From contig OZ287694.1 in the NCBI GenBank assembly GCA_965649825.1, positions 1 to 64,000 of the forward strand: a stretch of DNA of 64,000 bases, written 5' to 3'. Under the pieces are notes generated by a model. It was not told where the DNA came from, did no database searches, and saw only the letters and a list, made by a program, of their open reading frames with translations. Source of the DNA: Penicillus capitatus. Lineage: Eukaryota; Plantae; Chlorophyta. The translations under genes were made by a program, and so were the position numbers. Shown piece after piece: positions 59,947 to 64,000 of this stretch. Numbering within the stretch: the stretch's first letter is position 1; every line of letters starts with the position of its first letter.

Positions 59947-61013
59947 ATGCGTGATTCGAAGCAACCTGCGATGGATGGCAAGGCAACGCACGTCACATCA
60001 TTTGGCAAAGGCCAAAGAGGAACGCGTCGAACTGTTGGTCTCCACAGAAGGGCACATCTCAGATCTCATAGACCTACTTCTGTTTGTAGGCATGATGGAC
60101 GAATCGTTGAAAGAGCAGTGCTCGATGCGTCGTCAGACGAGGGAGAAATGTGGGATGTGGAATTCAGTGGCCACAAGTAACGGCCGAGCGTCTGTGAAAC
60201 CATAAGGTGACGGATGTGGTTGACTCAGTGTCTGTCGCTCGTCTGTTGGCTTGAGCGTCGTATTGGTCCACCCTCAGATCCCACAGAATACAGGATGCAC
60301 TGCCAGGACATGTGCCGCTGCGTGTGTTCCTCTGCATTTAGTTGAGCCTCTCGGATTCGATACCGATTCCAAAAAGTGATCGACCCGCATGGCATTTCAT
60401 ATGGAGGGAGGCACTTTGCTGATGTGACGTCTCTGTGTCATTTCGCTAGACTCAAGAGGGGCGGTCTCGATTTCTGGCCGTATGTCGTCATCAAAGTGCA
60501 CAAATCGTGGAAGGCACGTGCACTCTCCTTCATGCTTTGCATTCCACGACGCTTCGCGTTGCAGGAGTTTGTGGATTACTATCATGAACAGCCAGGGGCG
60601 AAGCGCATGATCGGCTTCACGAAGTACGGAGACAGAAATTTCTGGCAACCAGGTATGGAGACACCATCCACAACGCATGACCTGACCCTTCGGCAAATGG
60701 CTGCAGAGTTTACCTACGAACGCGGCGATTGGCTCATCTTTGGATCCGAGACCACAGGGCTGCCACCCGAAGTGCCATCGCCTCTCATCCCTGCCGCCTT
60801 CTCCAAAGAGTCTGTTTGCCTCGTCAGGCACACCAAGAAATCTCCAACAACGGAGCACTGCTGAAGATACCGATGCTCGAAACACATGTCCGTTGCCTTA
60901 ATCTGTCCGTATCTGTTGGAATTGGACTGTACGAAGCCAAACGTCAGCTAGAAATCGCACCGACCCCATCACCACAAGACACACCCATCGAACAACAACA
61001 CGCTCCACGCTAA
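59947..61013 (+). CDS. TrmL/SpoU-family tRNA (cytidine/uridine-34 2'-O)-methyltransferase; multi-exon, start approximate
   Basis: [71 protein letters not shown] intron at 60514-60564. Confidence 0.9.
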
Positions 61014-61030
61014 CCCACACACGCCTGCCT

Positions 61031-62790
61031 CTATCTCTGCAAGGCCTCTTGTGGCGGCATTGTCTCTTCGATAACCTATAAACATTGAATGATGTAGCCA
61101 GAGGCCAGATGTCAACGAGCTCCGTATTTACCTTTTGAAAGTACTCTCGGTACAGCTCTTCGTCCTCTTCGTTCGAACCGTCCAACGTTAATACTTTCCC
61201 TTCGTCTTGTGCACGCTGCATGACTTGTTCGTGGACAGACCTTGCTTGGTCATCCACCAGCACAGCCGTGTCGATGCATCCATGCATATACGTAAGAAAC
61301 TCGACATCGATCACAGGGTTGTAGTGCTCTTCTTCGTATCCCATGAAATCTTCATCCTCCTTCAGATGCTCGTACTCTGGTAGGATGGCTCTCTCGACGA
61401 AGCACACGTGAGATCCAGGCACTTTGGCATCCCTCCCGTCGGACAGGACAATGGGGATCACTTCTGCGACGGGCGCTACGGCCTTCACCGTCTCTTCTTT
61501 GTTTGTCTGTCGACACGAGAGCGGCGTCACAGACATCGACTGTCGCTGTATTAAGAATCGATGGTACCCATTTGACGGCGCCGCTCATTGGATTCATGGG
61601 ATAGCTATCCGCCAGAGCATCTTTGATACGCTCGAGAGAGATCTGGTCTGGATTGGAGCCAAACTTGTAGAAAGCCTTTCGCATTTCGTTGACGGAGATG
61701 GCCATTGTCGACGGCGTGAAGCCATGGATCATACACCAAGCCGCAAAGGCAGACTCCTCTTCAATAACAGCGTACTCATCCTACACAGAGAGAAAGGACT
61801 TCATGGGTGCAAGCAGCAGAGAACGGGGCGCATTACCTCAGATGGAGGCATCCACGGTGCCCCGGCCACACTCAATCCCACTACGCCATATCTGTCTGAC
61901 AGCTCCAACCAATCGCCCATTCTCTTTCGAATGACAGACTGGCATTCTTTACTCAGATCTTCATCGACCTAATGCCATCTCTGCAGAACAGTGACAAGAC
62001 AGTGGACAGGTGCACGACCTTGAGATGCGAGAGGACAATTTTGGGAAGATTCCGGTGCAGTGGCGGGTGAAGTACTTGGCAATAGATGGGCTTCTCTTGA
62101 TTCGCCAGGACAAAGGTCGAATGCTCACGATAGCCAAAATCCAGAAAGAAGTGCACTGCTGGCGACATCCCTTTCCCATCCACCTGACCAACGACACCAC
62201 AGCTGAGACAGATCCGTGTATTCAACTGACGCGCATGCACCTCCAGGAGGCGAAATTCGATGTAGTCGACGATGACCTTGGCCGAAGCGAAGGTATCTTC
62301 GAAGATTATCTTCAGTACTTGGCCACAGCAGACATTCATTCCTGATCCCATCCCATCACACCAACCGTAGGAAGGGGATGGACCTCACCGATCATTCTCT
62401 GAACAACGGATTCGAGGACAGAGCCGAGCAAAGGGTGCGGTTTCTGAAGGGCAGTCGATGGATCAGAGGACAGGGGTGTGTTTCGTGGATCACTTCGCCG
62501 AGGAGGTCCTTTTCGGTGGGGCCTGCCCATTTTGCCTCTTCTGCCATCAATGCTTCCTGCATCTCTTTTTCCAAATCGACAGGCTGGGGGCGGTTCGCCG
62601 CCTGACGATCACGACGACGGACACGTCGACGACGCGCTGTCGTCGGTCTGTCGTCCCCTGCATCAGCAGCGCGGACCACCACGACCGGACGGCGTCTTCG
62701 GTGACCCTCTGTCACCTGAACGCGTCTATTGCTCATAACAAGCGACGGCATCGCCGACCGTCGAACGCAGTGCATCACGTTGTGAGCGTG
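61031..62790 (-). CDS. Uncharacterised multi-exon protein with transit-peptide-like N-terminus and acidic C-terminal region
   Basis: Exonic ORFs 62392-62826, 62336-62530, 61953-62351, 61352-61732 and 60898-61536. Probable last exon VIEETMPPQEALQR* (TAG 61031-61033). Family not recognised. Confidence 0.6.
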
Positions 62791-62940
62791 CGTGCGTTCG
62801 GAAGGTGACCAAAACGGTGCGCGCACCGAATTCGATATCTGCGGTATGGAGTGTCGGTTTGCTCTCGGCGTGGACCGTCTCTCTTCTCTTAGACGTGCGT
62901 GCGTCCCTCGCCTGCCTCGCCCACGAATGCCGTCGTTGTG

Positions 62941-64000
62941 ATGACAGGGTCGGTGTTTGGCCCGAGTCGTTCAGCACGTCCTCGCACTGTGCGTACGTTT
63001 GCAGCAGAAGGTAGCGAAAACGCAGTCCATCTTCGTCGCCGGCATCTTGTATTCGGTCTCTCTGTTCTCAAGGGTCACGTCAGCCGTGGGAGTTCGGTCG
63101 GTTTCTGAAGACGGTGTTATTCTTCAACGATCCTCTGCAGAGCCTTCTCAAGAACTTCACCAAACCGGCAGAAAAGCCATCGGCGCCAGCAGTCGTTGAA
63201 GAACGCTCGGGTGGAATCACAAAAGTATTCGGGCCCATGGAATCACCGTCCTCTCCGATCGTCCTGTTCGGTATACCCAGATCGACGGCATCGATCCACA
63301 TGTCTGCCAAATGTGTGTCTTCTTAGGCAGCGAGTCTGAAATTGGAAGATGTATGCTGGAAGGGATGATGAAGAAAGGAATGTCTGTTCGTGCCGTTGTC
63401 GCCAATGCTCAGCAGTCTCAGTCCGATCTCGTACACACATACCCCTCTTTCCCTGTATAGCGCTGGCGACAATGTTCCGCTTCAGGGGAATCTTGTACAC
63501 GATCCAGCCAGCATCCTGGATCTGGTCGAATGGAATAGAGGGATGCCCATGCCTCCAGCTGTTGCACGTCCAAAAGCCATTGCCGTCTGCGGTGCACTTG
63601 CTCCCTATGCAAAGTGCGCCGCCTCAGATCACGGGAGACCTTGTTTGGTAAATGGATGACCAGGATTGTGCAGAGCATGGTTCGGCCTGGCAAGGATGTC
63701 TACAATCCTTCTGAAGGCATCGAGCACATGACATGGGGACCGTTAGATGATGTGGTCATGGGCGGCTGTTCTCAAAGCTCACTGACCGTTCAGCAAGGGA
63801 AAGGCAACACAGCAGAGTACGCAGCAGTATTCAGGTGATCTCACACCTTTGCCAGATAGGGCAGAGCAGACAGACGTCCTGCATTGCTGTCAGCGGCAAC
63901 ATTACCTCTGCAAACAACGGCGGATTTGCATCTGTGCGAACAAAGAATCTGGAGCCGCCGCTGGATCTGAAAGAGTACGATGGACTGAAACTGAGAGTCC
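62941..64000 (+). CDS. CIA30 (complex I intermediate-associated protein 30)-domain protein with transit peptide; truncated by window end
   Basis: WGPLDDVVMGGCSQS and F|SGNITSANNGGFASVRTKNLEPPLDLKEYDGL are CIA30-domain motifs. N-terminus MTGSVFGPSRSARPRTVRTFAA. Confidence 0.85.

Larger units (their letters stand above)
41718..60430. promoter_or_regulatory. Dispersed 11-mer TGATGTGACGT (10 exact copies; putative branch-point and/or promoter element)
   Basis: Plus strand: 41718, 42915, 50084, 56142, 60420. Minus strand: 45492, 56323, 58506, 59496, 59990. The existence of the copies is directly seen; the function is inferred. Confidence 0.6.

Overview
Eukaryotic nuclear DNA, most consistent with a compact-genome green alga: plant-type TOM20, MEKHLA and CIA30-domain proteins, flagellar DNAAF5, TGTAA poly(A)-like signals, and 45-65 nt introns. 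The standard genetic code fits. There are three zones. (1) 1-14,640 is a 329-bp GC/CpG-rich tandem satellite of about 44.5 copies, truncated by the window start; all ORFs there are artefacts. (2) 14.6-28.7 kb is an accessory zone with a BTB/POZ gene, a decayed 5'-truncated LINE, unidentifiable gene remnants, and a ~1,880-aa NLR-like STAND NTPase (N-terminal helical domain, NACHT, 18 HEAT-like repeats showing recent duplication and module shuffling). (3) 28.7-64 kb is a very dense block of about 19 housekeeping or unknown genes and 6 tRNAs. The most notable observations are the NLR-like receptor, at least six GC-AG introns, a probable spliced DUSP12-HAD fusion, gene pairs with almost no intergenic space (a candidate bicistron and overlapping stop codons), and an 11-mer (TGATGTGACGT) shared between introns, promoter regions and every satellite unit. 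All splice models and counts were made by eye; none are confirmed by transcript data or database searches.
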